Assembly (NCBI GenBank): GCA_963827685.1
Contig: CAWHBU010000002.1
Location: 288,001 to 352,000, forward strand
DNA length: 64,000 nt
Source of the DNA: an uncultured delta proteobacterium
Lineage (GTDB): Bacteria; Desulfobacterota; BSN033; UBA1163
Direction: 5' to 3'
Shown: in pieces, positions 18,463-29,372 of the stretch
How positions within the stretch are numbered: position 1 is the stretch's first letter
Layout: each line of letters begins with the position of its first letter
Translations under genes and position numbers: made by a program
Notes under the pieces: generated by a model
Databases searched by the model: none
What the model was told of the DNA's origin: nothing
What the model saw: the letters and a program-made list of their open reading frames with translations, nothing else

Positions 18463-19614
18463 ATGAAGGTGCTTTTAGGGCACTGGTTGTTCTGGGGATC
18501 GCTGTTTATGGTGGGATACATTTATTTTGGCTATCCCTTTTTAGTTTTAATTCTGGCTGGGATAAAGGATAAAAAAGTGAGGAAGACCCCATCTACCCCT
18601 TTCGTATCGATTATTATAGCTGCCTACAATGAAGAAAGGTATATTGAAGAGACCATAACGAATAAACTTACCTTGGATTACCCAGGAGACAAATGCGAGG
18701 TCATCGTTATCTCGGATGCCTCTGAAGATAGGACTGATGACCTGGTGAGGAAATATGAACATCTGGGAGTGAGACTTATCCGACAGGACCCGCGGTCCGG
18801 AAAAACGTCTGCCCTTAATCGTGCAGTGCTGGAAGCAAAAGGAGACATCATTGTATTTTCGGATGCCAACTCGATATACGAATCTGATGCTCTGGAAAAA
18901 CTTGTTCAGAACTTTAATGATCCTGAGGTTGGATATGTAACAGGGAAGATGGTCTACACGAACCCCGCTGGCGCCCTTATCGGAGATGGATGCACCGCTT
19001 ATATGAAGTACGAAAATTTCCTTAGAAAAATGGAAACGAAACTGGGCTCAATAGTTGGGGTGGATGGGGGAGTTGATGCTGTTCGTAAATCGCTCTATCG
19101 GCCAATGAAGCCCGACCAACTTCCTGATTTCGTCTTGCCTTTGAAGGTCTTCGAACAAGGCTACCGAATTGTATATGAACCGGAAGCCGTTCTCAAAGAG
19201 GCGTCCTCGAAGTCCTCCACGGATGAATTTAAAATGCGGACCCGGGTGTCCTTGAGGGCCTTCTGGGCCTTGAGAGATATGTGCGGCCTCCTGATTTTCA
19301 GACCTTCGAGGCTCTTCGCATGGCAGATATGGTCGCATAAAGTCTTCCGATATTTCTGCTTTGTATTTCTTTTGGGAGCTTACTTTGGCAATATCTTTCT
19401 TTGGTCTGCGGGCACTTCCTACAAACTCTTTTTTATTGCCCAAAATTTGGCATACCTTGGAGCTATGGTGTCTCCGTTTCTCGAGCGAAAAGGGCACCGT
19501 TTCTTATTCGCGCTAAACTACTTTGTATTGCTTAACGGGGCTGCAATGTATGCATTCATAAAGTTCATCGCGGGCCAAAAACAGGTAATATGGACTCCCA
19601 GAAAAGGACAGTGA
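18463..19614 (+). CDS. Glycosyltransferase family 2 (CESA-like) with TM helices
   Basis: IIAAYNEE, SDASEDRT, GKTSALN, FSDAN. Confidence 0.9.
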   Translation: MKVLLGHWLFWGSLFMVGYIYFGYPFLVLILAGIKDKKVRKTPSTPFVSIIIAAYNEERYIEETITNKLTLDYPGDKCEVIVISDASEDRTDDLVRKYEHLGVRLIRQDPRSGKTSALNRAVLEAKGDIIVFSDANSIYESDALEKLVQNFNDPEVGYVTGKMVYTNPAGALIGDGCTAYMKYENFLRKMETKLGSIVGVDGGVDAVRKSLYRPMKPDQLPDFVLPLKVFEQGYRIVYEPEAVLKEASSKSSTDEFKMRTRVSLRAFWALRDMCGLLIFRPSRLFAWQIWSHKVFRYFCFVFLLGAYFGNIFLWSAGTSYKLFFIAQNLAYLGAMVSPFLERKGHRFLFALNYFVLLNGAAMYAFIKFIAGQKQVIWTPRKGQ

Positions 19615-19697
19615 CGGGCTATGTTTATTTTATGGGCCAGTGAAATGCCAAGCAGCACCTTTAACATCTTACTCACTAAGGAGGCTATATATCCACC

Positions 19698-20579
19698 GTG
19701 CCCCCTTTAGTCTCGGTAATCATTGCAACCTATAATATGGGACGCTATGTTCGAGAGGCTATCGATTCGGTGCTTGGACAAGACTACCCAAGCGTTGAAC
19801 TCATTGTTGTGGACGACGGTTCGACGGACGATACGACGAGGGTGCTGTCTCTTTACTCCAACGATCCACGTGTGGTCGTTATCAGGCAACCCAATCAAGG
19901 GCAAACAATAGCTAAAAATAGAGGGTTCAATGAGGCAAAGGGAGAATATATAGCTTTTTGCGATGCAGATGACACCTGGATTGAGCATAAACTTACTCGT
20001 CAGATACCATTATTTGATAACGAGAGTAAAATCGGAGTCGTATATGCCGACATCCTTATGATTAGTTCTAACGGATGCCCACTGCAGACCCCGAAGATGA
20101 GAAGGTACAGTGGTAATATTACTCGCCACCTGCTGGTAGACAATTTCATTCCTTTCGTAACAGCGGTGGTTCGCCGTCAAGTAATGGAAGAATTCGGGGG
20201 ATTTGACGAAAACCTGCCCATGGGAATTGATTATGATCTATGGCTGAGGATCTCAGTCAAATACGAATTCCGATACATAGATGAACCTTTAGCTCACTAC
20301 AGGGTTTGGGATGGCCAAATGTCCCGCCGCGTGGAAGAACGCTTTGAGAACTATTTTAGGTTTGCAGAACGCTTCCTCGCAACCTTCCCAGAGAGCGTAA
20401 GTACCTCTGATGTCAGGAGAGCCTGGGCTCACACCTATGTGTCAAGAGGCATCTGGCGGTTATCTCTGCATGAAAAGAAGTTAGCCTTCCAGGATTTCAT
20501 ACTGGCTTTTCGATATCGCCCCTATGATGTTCGCCTTTTGAAAACTGTGGTCAAATTCATTATCGGTTGGAAGAGATAG
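19698..20579 (+). CDS. Glycosyltransferase family 2
   Basis: VSVIIATYN, VDDGSTD, FCDADD, DYDLWLR. Confidence 0.92.
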   Translation: MPPLVSVIIATYNMGRYVREAIDSVLGQDYPSVELIVVDDGSTDDTTRVLSLYSNDPRVVVIRQPNQGQTIAKNRGFNEAKGEYIAFCDADDTWIEHKLTRQIPLFDNESKIGVVYADILMISSNGCPLQTPKMRRYSGNITRHLLVDNFIPFVTAVVRRQVMEEFGGFDENLPMGIDYDLWLRISVKYEFRYIDEPLAHYRVWDGQMSRRVEERFENYFRFAERFLATFPESVSTSDVRRAWAHTYVSRGIWRLSLHEKKLAFQDFILAFRYRPYDVRLLKTVVKFIIGWKR

Positions 20580-20680
20580 ATAAATAGACAGATGTAGCGG
20601 TATCTTATTCTCGGCTTTTCAGTTTCCCAACAATTTAAGATTGCCAAGTAAAGGATCACGGTAAGAGACAAACAGCGTTT

Positions 20681-22204
20681 ATGAATACAGCCTTTAACCT
20701 CTTTAGAAGTTCGGTGGCACGAACGGCATTAATGATGTTGACTATCGCTGTAGGTTTCTTTATGATGCCGTTTCTTGTGAGCAAACTGGGTGATCAATGG
20801 TATGGTATCTGGACGATCATCGGTAGCTTAACCGGATATTTTTATCTTGTTGATTTTGGCCTGGCAACAGCCGTCACAAGGTATGTCACTCAGTACATTA
20901 CGAGAAATGATCACGAGGCGGCGAATATCGTCATTAATACTTCACTCGTTGTTTATTCCGGCATGGCCCTGGGAATAACTTTGCTTACATTAGTCATTAT
21001 CATTTTCGCCGACTCTTTCATACAAAACCCACAAGCCCTATCAATAATCAGACTGACCATTTTGGTTATGGGATTCAATATGGCAATCGAGTTTCCATAT
21101 AAAGCTTTTGCCGGCATTATTGGGGCTTACGTACGCTATGACCTTTTAACTTATTCTCACTTCTTGATGCTCCTGGTTAGTACGGTAGCTACGGTAATTT
21201 TCTTGAGCAAGGGATATGGCATCTTGACTCTTGCACTCATAGGTTTCCTGAGTTCACAGCTCTCTAATATTCTGTTCTTCTTGATCTCCAAGCACCTCTA
21301 CTCCGGTATGGTGATTCGCTGGAAGTACTTTAGAACGAGCCAGGTTCGCACGTTATTCGGTTACAGCGTCTGGTCTTTTCTGGTACAGATTTCCGACCAG
21401 GTGAGATTCAAAGTGGATTCGCTGGTAATCGTTTGGGCGCTGAGTGCAAGTCATGTTACTCACTATTTTATCGGTGCAAGATTGGCAGAGTATTTTATTA
21501 CTTTGATTTTCAAAGCGACCAATATACTCATGCCAGTGTTTACGCAATATTATGCAGACAATAACTATGAGGAGATTCGTTCTAAGTTGCTGTTTCTGAC
21601 CAAGGTAAATACTGTTCTTGCCGTGTTCGGCGGAGGCCTTATCATAATGGTTGGTCTGCCGTTTATCTCACGATGGATGGGAAACCGATATCTGGATGCA
21701 TACCCTGTGTTGGTGGCATTGATAATAGCGTTTATGGCGGAGGGGATCTACAACCCCTCGAGCAATGTCATGTATGCGATTGCCAAGCATCATTATTTGG
21801 CTGCTGTAAACTCAGCAGAGGCGGTCCTGAATTTGGTTTTAAGTATTGTTTTCGTTCATTACTGGGGTATTTTGGGTGTTGCTATCGGCACTGCTATCCC
21901 TCTGCTAATATCGAGACTGTTTGTTCTTCCTTTGTATACATGCAGATTCATAGATCTACCACTCAGAAAATACTATTCGAACATATTGATTACCATATTC
22001 TTCACTATAAGCTATCAAGTTTTGTTTTACATGGGGATCAAAAATATGTTAAGTGTCCCGCAATACGGAACCATTATAGGTGTCTGTCTCTCAGCGCTGC
22101 CGATTTACTTATTAGCTATTTTATTCGTTGCTTTTGATAAGTCTGATCGGGCACTGCTTAGAACAATGATACCATATAAATTGTGGTTCGGCGTCGGGCG
22201 GTAA
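20681..22204 (+). CDS. wzx: Wzx-type oligosaccharide flippase
   Basis: 507 aa with about 12-14 TM segments; YGIW...DFG pattern of PST exporters. Confidence 0.85.
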   Translation: MNTAFNLFRSSVARTALMMLTIAVGFFMMPFLVSKLGDQWYGIWTIIGSLTGYFYLVDFGLATAVTRYVTQYITRNDHEAANIVINTSLVVYSGMALGITLLTLVIIIFADSFIQNPQALSIIRLTILVMGFNMAIEFPYKAFAGIIGAYVRYDLLTYSHFLMLLVSTVATVIFLSKGYGILTLALIGFLSSQLSNILFFLISKHLYSGMVIRWKYFRTSQVRTLFGYSVWSFLVQISDQVRFKVDSLVIVWALSASHVTHYFIGARLAEYFITLIFKATNILMPVFTQYYADNNYEEIRSKLLFLTKVNTVLAVFGGGLIIMVGLPFISRWMGNRYLDAYPVLVALIIAFMAEGIYNPSSNVMYAIAKHHYLAAVNSAEAVLNLVLSIVFVHYWGILGVAIGTAIPLLISRLFVLPLYTCRFIDLPLRKYYSNILITIFFTISYQVLFYMGIKNMLSVPQYGTIIGVCLSALPIYLLAILFVAFDKSDRALLRTMIPYKLWFGVGR

Positions 22205-22364
22205 AGCAAGCGGGGAGAGCTCAAGGCAGTAATTAGTCAGGGACTTATATTGCATTGCGTATGTCTCAACAGTGTCAAAGGATAAATGATCACCAGAATA
22301 TATGCGAGGACATGTATTGGAAGGTATGGACAGTCTTTGCTAATTTGGAGGAGCATAGATAAGA

Positions 22365-23735
22365 ATGCCTCTGGCGCCTTTTTTGAGAAGGTCAGTGGTT
22401 ATACCACTTTGGACATTTAAGGATCATAGCCCAAGACTATCTTACCTCAGGGAAATGGAGCGATCTCAATACCGGGATCCTCTTGAGCTAAGAAAACTGC
22501 AGCTCGCACGACTGAAAGAAATGCTTACACATGCTTACGAAAACACTTTCTATTATAAGACAAAATTCGATGAGCTTAAAGTTCATCCGAAGGACGTAAA
22601 GGATTTTGATGACTTTAAGAAGCTCCCGCTACTAACGAAACGTCAAGTGCAAGAGCATTCCGCAGCAATGATAGCAAAGAATTATCGTAAAAGTTCATTG
22701 GTTCCTTTTAAAACCGGTGGATCAACAGGTAAGTCTTTAACGGTATTGTGGGATTTTCAGGCCATGGAGAAAGGAGTGGCGAGCGCTATAAGATCCTTCC
22801 GGTGGGCAGGTTGGGAAATGGGCGAGGGATGGGGAAGGATTTGGGGGAACCCCCCGCAGAACAAGAAACTGAAAGACAAGTTGAGAAATAGGCTCATCGA
22901 ACCCCAGATCTTCCTGGATACAATGAACCTGAATGATGCAGCGGTACTCGAATTTGCTAATCAATGGAAAATTAAGAACCCGGCACTTTTACATGGACAC
23001 GCCCATTCCATTTATGTTTTCGCAAAGATTTGCAGGAAACTCCATATCGATGGCACATTTAGGCCGAGGGGGATTATTTCAACATCCATGATGCTGCTTC
23101 CGTCAGAAAGGGAAGTAATCGAAGACATTTTTGATCGTAAGGTAACGGACCTATATGGTTGTGAGGAAGTCGGGCTTATAGGCTGTGAATGTGAAGAGCA
23201 TAGAGGTCTGCATATTAATGCTGAAAACCTGTATGTGGAGTTCCTCAACTCAGATCGAAGGGACGTGAGCCCGGGCGAGGAAGGTGCAATTGTAGTAACC
23301 AGCTTGCTGAATGAAGCTATGCCTCTTATCCGGTATAAAATAGAGGATATGGGTATCCCTTCGAGCCGCACATGCAAATGCGGGAGAGGGTTGCCCCTTA
23401 TGGAAACCGTTTCGGGACGGATAGCTGATTTTCTCGTGAGACGGGATGGTAGCCTTGTCGCTGGTCTTTCCTTGATAGAAAGGACCTTGACTGCGCGCGC
23501 TGGAATTCAGCAGATGCAAGTCATTCAAGAAGATCTTAATACGATTAGCTTGAATATTGTGAAAGGCAGCGCTTATGGAGTGACCACCGAGGAGTTCTTG
23601 CAGAGAGAGTTTGAAAGGGTCTTCGGAAAAGGCATGAAGTTGATCTTCAACTACGTCGAGAACATCCAGCAAAGTGAAAATGGGAAATATAGATTCTCTA
23701 TATCGAGGGTGAGCAAACAATACGATGACGCTTAA
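22365..23735 (+). CDS. CapK / phenylacetate-CoA ligase-family adenylating enzyme
   Basis: TGGSTG, YGCEE, MPLIRY, GRIAD, NGKYR. Confidence 0.85.
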   Translation: MPLAPFLRRSVVIPLWTFKDHSPRLSYLREMERSQYRDPLELRKLQLARLKEMLTHAYENTFYYKTKFDELKVHPKDVKDFDDFKKLPLLTKRQVQEHSAAMIAKNYRKSSLVPFKTGGSTGKSLTVLWDFQAMEKGVASAIRSFRWAGWEMGEGWGRIWGNPPQNKKLKDKLRNRLIEPQIFLDTMNLNDAAVLEFANQWKIKNPALLHGHAHSIYVFAKICRKLHIDGTFRPRGIISTSMMLLPSEREVIEDIFDRKVTDLYGCEEVGLIGCECEEHRGLHINAENLYVEFLNSDRRDVSPGEEGAIVVTSLLNEAMPLIRYKIEDMGIPSSRTCKCGRGLPLMETVSGRIADFLVRRDGSLVAGLSLIERTLTARAGIQQMQVIQEDLNTISLNIVKGSAYGVTTEEFLQREFERVFGKGMKLIFNYVENIQQSENGKYRFSISRVSKQYDDA

Positions 23736-24297
23736 GGATTATATCCATCTGGTAGAGTCTGATCTCTATAGGTACACTGGCAGGATAAGCCGCCTGAAGT
23801 TTCTGACAACATTCTTCAAGCATGTTGGCTTTAAATACACGTTTCTGTTAAGAACAACGGCAATGTTCAGACAGCACAAGGCGTGTTTTCCATTTTATGT
23901 ATTAAGTTATCTAATCCTCAAAAGGTATACTTACAAATTCGGAATCATTATTTCTCATGATACCAAGATCGACTCCGGTTTTTACATTGGGCATTTTGGT
24001 GGAATCATCATTAATCCACATATCATCATTGGAAAAAACTGCAATATACCCCCAGGGGTAATCCTTGGTCAGGCAAATAGAGGGTCTAAGGAGGGGTGTC
24101 CTGTTACTGGTGATAATGTTTTTATAGGTCCTGGTGCAAAGATAATTGGCCTCATACGGGTGGGTAATAACGCCGCTATTGGGGCAAACTGTGTTGTTAC
24201 AAGAGATATCCCAGACAATGCTGTTGTAATTGGTATTCCTGGTCAGATTATTTCATACAATGGCTCCGAAGGTTACATCAATAGAATTGATTACTGA
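23725..24297 (+). CDS. Serine O-acetyltransferase-like (WcaB-like) LbH acetyltransferase
   Basis: Hexapeptide repeats, IGHFGGIII, GDNVFIGPGAK, VIGIPG. Confidence 0.85.
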   Translation: MTLKDYIHLVESDLYRYTGRISRLKFLTTFFKHVGFKYTFLLRTTAMFRQHKACFPFYVLSYLILKRYTYKFGIIISHDTKIDSGFYIGHFGGIIINPHIIIGKNCNIPPGVILGQANRGSKEGCPVTGDNVFIGPGAKIIGLIRVGNNAAIGANCVVTRDIPDNAVVIGIPGQIISYNGSEGYINRIDY

Positions 24298-24571
24298 TAC
24301 CGACTTCTTGGTCATAATCTAAAATAAGATTGCCAAGAAATAATCACTTAGAACAACCCGGGGTATTATCCTTTGTCTAAAATCTGTTAGCCAATTTATC
24401 TTGATGGAAGGTTTTTGGGATTTCTTTTTCGGGAAGGCACGCTGGTCCATTTCCCTGCTGCCTTGAGCGATACGAATTTAACTAAATGAGAAGAACTGGA
24501 CTCCATTGAAGAAACAACCAACAATTACAGACAACTATATCATACTTTAATAATGCGGGAGTAGCACAGTA

Positions 24572-25744
24572 ATGGGGAAAATAGCTCTTCTAGTTAGAAG
24601 TGCACAACAAGGTGGGGTAGAAAGCCATGTTTATGAACTCCTCAGGAACATTCCTTCACTCGGTTACCATCCAGTACTTATCAGTCTTTCTGACGGGCCA
24701 ATTGACTATAGATTTCGAGAATTAGGTATCGAAATCATTAGCTTAAAAGATAAGAAGGCCCGGTCCTTCCGCTCGCTATCAAATGTATTTTACTTATATA
24801 AAGCGTTAAAGAAATTGAAACCAGAGATAGTTCATTGCCATGGCACAAGACCTATTTTTATAGGAACTATTGCTGCAAAAATGGCCGGGATAAAAACGAT
24901 CATAGTGACGGTTCACAATTCTTATAAACTGATGACCTACGATGATTATGGAATTCCTAAGCGTAACCTTCTTGCGCTAAGTAAAGTTATGCACTTTATG
25001 GGTTTTACTATTTCAAAATGTATAATAACTGTTTCGAGAAGTCTAGCTGACGAAATTAAATGTGATTTTGGAAATTGGCCCTTAGCAAATGCTCATGTTA
25101 ATAACAAAATAAAAATTATTCATAATGGCTTTAATTCAGAAAAGTATAAGAAAATAACAGATAATGTAACTCTTAAAAAAAGTCTCAATATAAGTAATAA
25201 ATTGAAAGTAATAGGGACGGTTGGAAGGCTTGAACCCATGAAGGGTATACACATTTTGTTGCAAGCGACGAAGTATCTGTTTAACGCAGGATATCTTTTT
25301 GAACTCATAATAGTAGGAGACGGCCGTTCAAGAAAAGATTTGGAGAAATTGACCATCGAATTGGGCATAAAAAGGAACGTACATTTTTTGGGTTATATTG
25401 AAGATCCCGTGGATATTTATAATATTATGGATATTTTTGTTCTACCTTCTTTATCAGAAGGGTTTGCTATGGTCATCGTTGAAGCGATGGCCTGTCAACT
25501 TCCTGTTGTTTCTACTAACGTCGGATGTGCATCTGAAATTATAATAGATTCTACTAATGGTATTATCGTCCCGACTAACAATATAAGTGAAATTGCTAAT
25601 GCGATAAAACGTTATCTTTGTGACGAAGGATTTAGTTGTAAAATTGGCGCGGAGGCGATGAAAACGACAACATCTTATACAAACAAGTATATGGTAGAAA
25701 GAACATTTAGTGTGTATAAAAGTTTGGCAAGGGAAGAAACATAG
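24572..25744 (+). CDS. Glycosyltransferase family 4
   Basis: GGVE, VGRL...KG, PSLSEGF...EAMA. Visibly AT-rich. Confidence 0.9.
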   Translation: MGKIALLVRSAQQGGVESHVYELLRNIPSLGYHPVLISLSDGPIDYRFRELGIEIISLKDKKARSFRSLSNVFYLYKALKKLKPEIVHCHGTRPIFIGTIAAKMAGIKTIIVTVHNSYKLMTYDDYGIPKRNLLALSKVMHFMGFTISKCIITVSRSLADEIKCDFGNWPLANAHVNNKIKIIHNGFNSEKYKKITDNVTLKKSLNISNKLKVIGTVGRLEPMKGIHILLQATKYLFNAGYLFELIIVGDGRSRKDLEKLTIELGIKRNVHFLGYIEDPVDIYNIMDIFVLPSLSEGFAMVIVEAMACQLPVVSTNVGCASEIIIDSTNGIIVPTNNISEIANAIKRYLCDEGFSCKIGAEAMKTTTSYTNKYMVERTFSVYKSLAREET

Positions 25745-25849
25745 TGTCAATTATTATAAACAAGATATTCTTTTTGTGTAGAGCTGGAAATATGATGTAT
25801 GAAGCAACAATAATTAAGGTAGAAAAATCTATTTCGGAAAGTATTTTAT

Positions 25850-26276
25850 GGGATTATAAAAGTCGCTCCGGATAACCTGGAAGAGTGAACGAAGGAACAG
25901 AGAATTATCTCGAGCACATGATATTAAATTATACGAACTATTAGAAATTGGTAGTATCAATAATAGAATTATTAAGTACCTGTTTGGAGTTATGAAAACA
26001 ACGATAATCTTATTTCGAGAGCGGCGCAATATTGTTATCTGTCAAAATCCGTCAATTGTATTGGCATTATTTTTGACGATGGTAAAATATTTTATAAGAA
26101 TAAAGGTATGCGTAGATGCACATAACGCTGGAATATTTCGTCGTGAGGGTAAGTCTAATGTTCTTAATATTCTATCTTCTATTATTCAAAAAACGGCAGA
26201 TTTGACCCTTGGAGCAAATAGTGCATTGAAGGATTATGTAGAAACAAAAGGAGGAAAAGCATTAAATCATATTTGA
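25850..26276 (+). pseudogene. Fragment of a glycosyltransferase N-terminal domain
   Basis: ITWKSERRNRELSRA, then QNPSIVL...VDAHNAG, in broken frames; no C-terminal domain. Confidence 0.5.
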
Positions 26277-26998
26277 AGCGGTCAAGACTTATGCGCAGCC
26301 TCGTAAAAGCCGTGAAATCCGATCTCAGCATGCTGTGTTCGGAGGCTCTCAGGATATATGGATTGGCTTGGAGATCTAGAAAGATCCATAAGTATCTTGA
26401 CTGCCAAAAAGAAAAAAAACTGCATCTTGGGGCTGGCTCGAATGTTCTCGACGGATGGTTGAATACAGACATAATGCCTCAATCCCGTGAGATCATTTAC
26501 TTAGACATCACCGAGCCATTGCCTTTCGCCGATGGAACATTCAGCTGTATCTTTAGTGAACACCTCATTGAGCATATTTCTTACGAAAGTGCTGTAACTC
26601 ATTTGCAAGAATGCTATCGTGTTCTCTGTTCGGGCGGGAGGATCAGAATATCAACTCCAAACCTTGAGTTCCTTATCAATCTCTATACAAGTTCACAAAA
26701 GACCGGAGCCCAACAGAAGTATATGGAGTGGACCGTAAAGAATTGTTTCCCCGGAGCGGGCGTTTATAATGAGGCATTTGTCGTAAACAATTTTCTTAGA
26801 AGCTGGGACCACAAATTCATATACAATACTGTGACGCTTGAAAACATCGTAAGACAGGCAGCATTTGGCAATATCAAGTGGTGGCCGGTTGGACAAAGTG
26901 ACGATTCAAGGCTGCAGAACATAGAAAAGCATGGAACTCTGGTAGGAGAGGATTTCAACCTTCTGCAAACCATGTGTTTGGAGGCCATCAAGATCTAG
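26273..26998 (+). CDS. Class I SAM-dependent methyltransferase
   Basis: LHLGAG, GWLNTD, EHLIEH, RVLCSGG. Confidence 0.85.
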   Translation: MKRSRLMRSLVKAVKSDLSMLCSEALRIYGLAWRSRKIHKYLDCQKEKKLHLGAGSNVLDGWLNTDIMPQSREIIYLDITEPLPFADGTFSCIFSEHLIEHISYESAVTHLQECYRVLCSGGRIRISTPNLEFLINLYTSSQKTGAQQKYMEWTVKNCFPGAGVYNEAFVVNNFLRSWDHKFIYNTVTLENIVRQAAFGNIKWWPVGQSDDSRLQNIEKHGTLVGEDFNLLQTMCLEAIKI

Positions 26999-27101
26999 AT
27001 GGTCAGCCCAAAGCAAGTTCCTATCAAAAAAATAGAACAAACAGAGTGGTTTCAAGTGCAATATCCCTTCGATCCCCGATCTCATTTGGCAAGAGTATCA
27101 G

Positions 27102-28178
27102 ATGACCGCTAAATCACACCTGAAATCATTTGTTAGTAACCTGTTCTACTACACGGGAGCTCTTAGCAGTATCCGGTTCTTCTATAATATCCTAGGCAAA
27201 AGGTTAACAATAGTCACTTATCATCGCGTTACTGAAGACGAACTTGCCGATATTGACTACTCACTACCATACTTATTTATAACTGCAAATACCTTAAACA
27301 AGCATGCAATCTTCTACAAAAAATATTATACAGTGATAAGCTTCAAGGATCTACTGGAGTTTGAAAGGTGCAAGGATCTACCATATAACTCCCTTATCAT
27401 TACCTTTGATGATGGCTACGAAGACAACTATACCACCGCATTGCCAATACTGAAAAGGTTTAATCTGCCCTTCACACTATTTATTTCTGCAGACAAAATT
27501 GGAAAATTAGAAGTTCCTTGGTGGGACGAGGTGTTTGCACGCCTTAATTTTCTGAAAAAGAAGCAGCCAGGCACTAATGGATCAGAAATCAACAAAACCG
27601 TTACAAATATTTATGCTGACTTTATTAAGGATTCTTCGAAGCTTTTCGCACAGTTAAACAAATGGAGTGAACATAAAATAAGTGAATTACTTGAGTCCTT
27701 AAGAAATTGTACGAGTATATCCGAGCAACTTCTTGTTGAGAGAAACAGATATCTCAATTGGGATCAGCTAGATGAAATATCTGAGATCGGTTCCCATGGG
27801 AGGTCACACATCTCATTAGTTTCTCTAGATATTTCCCGGATTAAGGACGAGATATTCATATCGAAGAACGAAATAGAAGATAAATGTCGCGAAAGAGTGC
27901 TTGCTTTTTCGTATCCTGCCGGGCATTATACAGCGCAAGTACAAGAACTTGTTAAGCAATCTGGCTATAACTATGCAGTCACACAAGATGGAGGAATTAA
28001 CAATCTTAATAATAAGTATGCTCTTAAACGCCTCAATTTGTGGGAGGGGGATGTTAACGCCACAGCCGGAACATTTTCAAAACCAGATTTTGCGTTTCGC
28101 TTATCAGGGCTTTACACGTCTTATGCACTTCCTTTGCTGCGACGGTTAAGGATAAGAACAATAGTATGTTGCAATTAG
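27102..28178 (+). CDS. Polysaccharide deacetylase (CE4/NodB)
   Basis: YHRV, ITFDDGY, GSHGRSH, FSYPAG. Confidence 0.88.
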   Translation: MTAKSHLKSFVSNLFYYTGALSSIRFFYNILGKRLTIVTYHRVTEDELADIDYSLPYLFITANTLNKHAIFYKKYYTVISFKDLLEFERCKDLPYNSLIITFDDGYEDNYTTALPILKRFNLPFTLFISADKIGKLEVPWWDEVFARLNFLKKKQPGTNGSEINKTVTNIYADFIKDSSKLFAQLNKWSEHKISELLESLRNCTSISEQLLVERNRYLNWDQLDEISEIGSHGRSHISLVSLDISRIKDEIFISKNEIEDKCRERVLAFSYPAGHYTAQVQELVKQSGYNYAVTQDGGINNLNNKYALKRLNLWEGDVNATAGTFSKPDFAFRLSGLYTSYALPLLRRLRIRTIVCCN

Positions 28179-28216
28179 AATTGTAAGAGAGTTCTGGATT
28201 GAACAGGACGAAGCCG

Positions 28217-29170
28217 ATGCGAGATCATAAGTATACTGTTTCAGAGGCGACGACGGAGGATTTTAAGGAGGTTGAATCTTTCCTCATAGGTCAAGCTTCC
28301 GTGATAAAAAACAGCCGTGTGTTTCAATGGAAGTACTTGGATAACCCGGGAGGCCGAGCCCGTGTGTTTGTAATTAGGGATGAAGAAATGCACATCAAAG
28401 GAGTACTATCTTATCTCCCCAGAATCCGCGAGAGCCAAAATTCAGAACGCTTTCTTATAATGCAGGCGGTAGATGCTTTTGTCTCACCAGATGCGAGAGG
28501 ATATTTTCTTTACGACCAACTTATTCGGTATTCTTCAGCAAAGCTCGCGACACCAATATACACATTTCCAAACAAAACCGCAGAACGAATCGAGCTGAGA
28601 AATGGCTGGGAAATTATTGCTCCCCTAAATTCCTGGTACTTCCCAATCAGGATTGGGCTACTTCTTTGTCATACAAGATTCAGGGTTCTTGCTCCATTAC
28701 TCAATCTCATCTCCAGACTCTATGCTTTCGGAAGGCTGAATCAACAGAGCCATTTTGAACTGCGTAGGGTTATTGAATTTGATGACGATTTCTGCATAAG
28801 AGCAAGCGGCCCATTCATTGAAAGGACAGGGAAATTTCTTAATTGGAGATTCATTAATAATCCAATTAGTGAATTTGTATGCCATGAAATTTATATATCT
28901 GGTGAACTTGTCGGTTATTTTGTATACACTGTAAAGGGAGCGGCTGCGGTGATCTACGACTTTGTCGCTCTAAAAGATCGAAGGGCTTGCATAATAAAAA
29001 TTCTCGAGTATCTCCAAGCCCAAAACGTTAGCCATCTTGTGTTTCGATGCGTAGGTATGGATTTAGGAAAATACGGTTTTATCAGGAGAAGGTCGAATGC
29101 CAATATTATTGTTCATAATCTGAAGAACGCATCGCCAGTTTTTACGTTAGGCGATAGCGATTGGGATTAA
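28217..29170 (+). CDS. GNAT-family acyltransferase
   Basis: WKYLDNP, DAFVSPDARG, LNWRF, C-terminal GDSD. Confidence 0.75.
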   Translation: MRDHKYTVSEATTEDFKEVESFLIGQASVIKNSRVFQWKYLDNPGGRARVFVIRDEEMHIKGVLSYLPRIRESQNSERFLIMQAVDAFVSPDARGYFLYDQLIRYSSAKLATPIYTFPNKTAERIELRNGWEIIAPLNSWYFPIRIGLLLCHTRFRVLAPLLNLISRLYAFGRLNQQSHFELRRVIEFDDDFCIRASGPFIERTGKFLNWRFINNPISEFVCHEIYISGELVGYFVYTVKGAAAVIYDFVALKDRRACIIKILEYLQAQNVSHLVFRCVGMDLGKYGFIRRRSNANIIVHNLKNASPVFTLGDSDWD

Positions 29171-29372
29171 AGATCTTTTTTGTTTTCCTAGAGGCAAGGG
29201 GAGGTTATTTCCTGCCCATGTTCAGTGCGAAAGGCAGAAGAAACAGTCTACTTTCCTTGGAGGACATCTTTAAAGAGCGTGATGTTTATTTCGGAAACCT
29301 TTTGCTTTAGCATCTTGTAGATTTCTTGCAGGCGAGAACTTATTCTCGAGTTTAATTGTTAAGGAGAAGAAT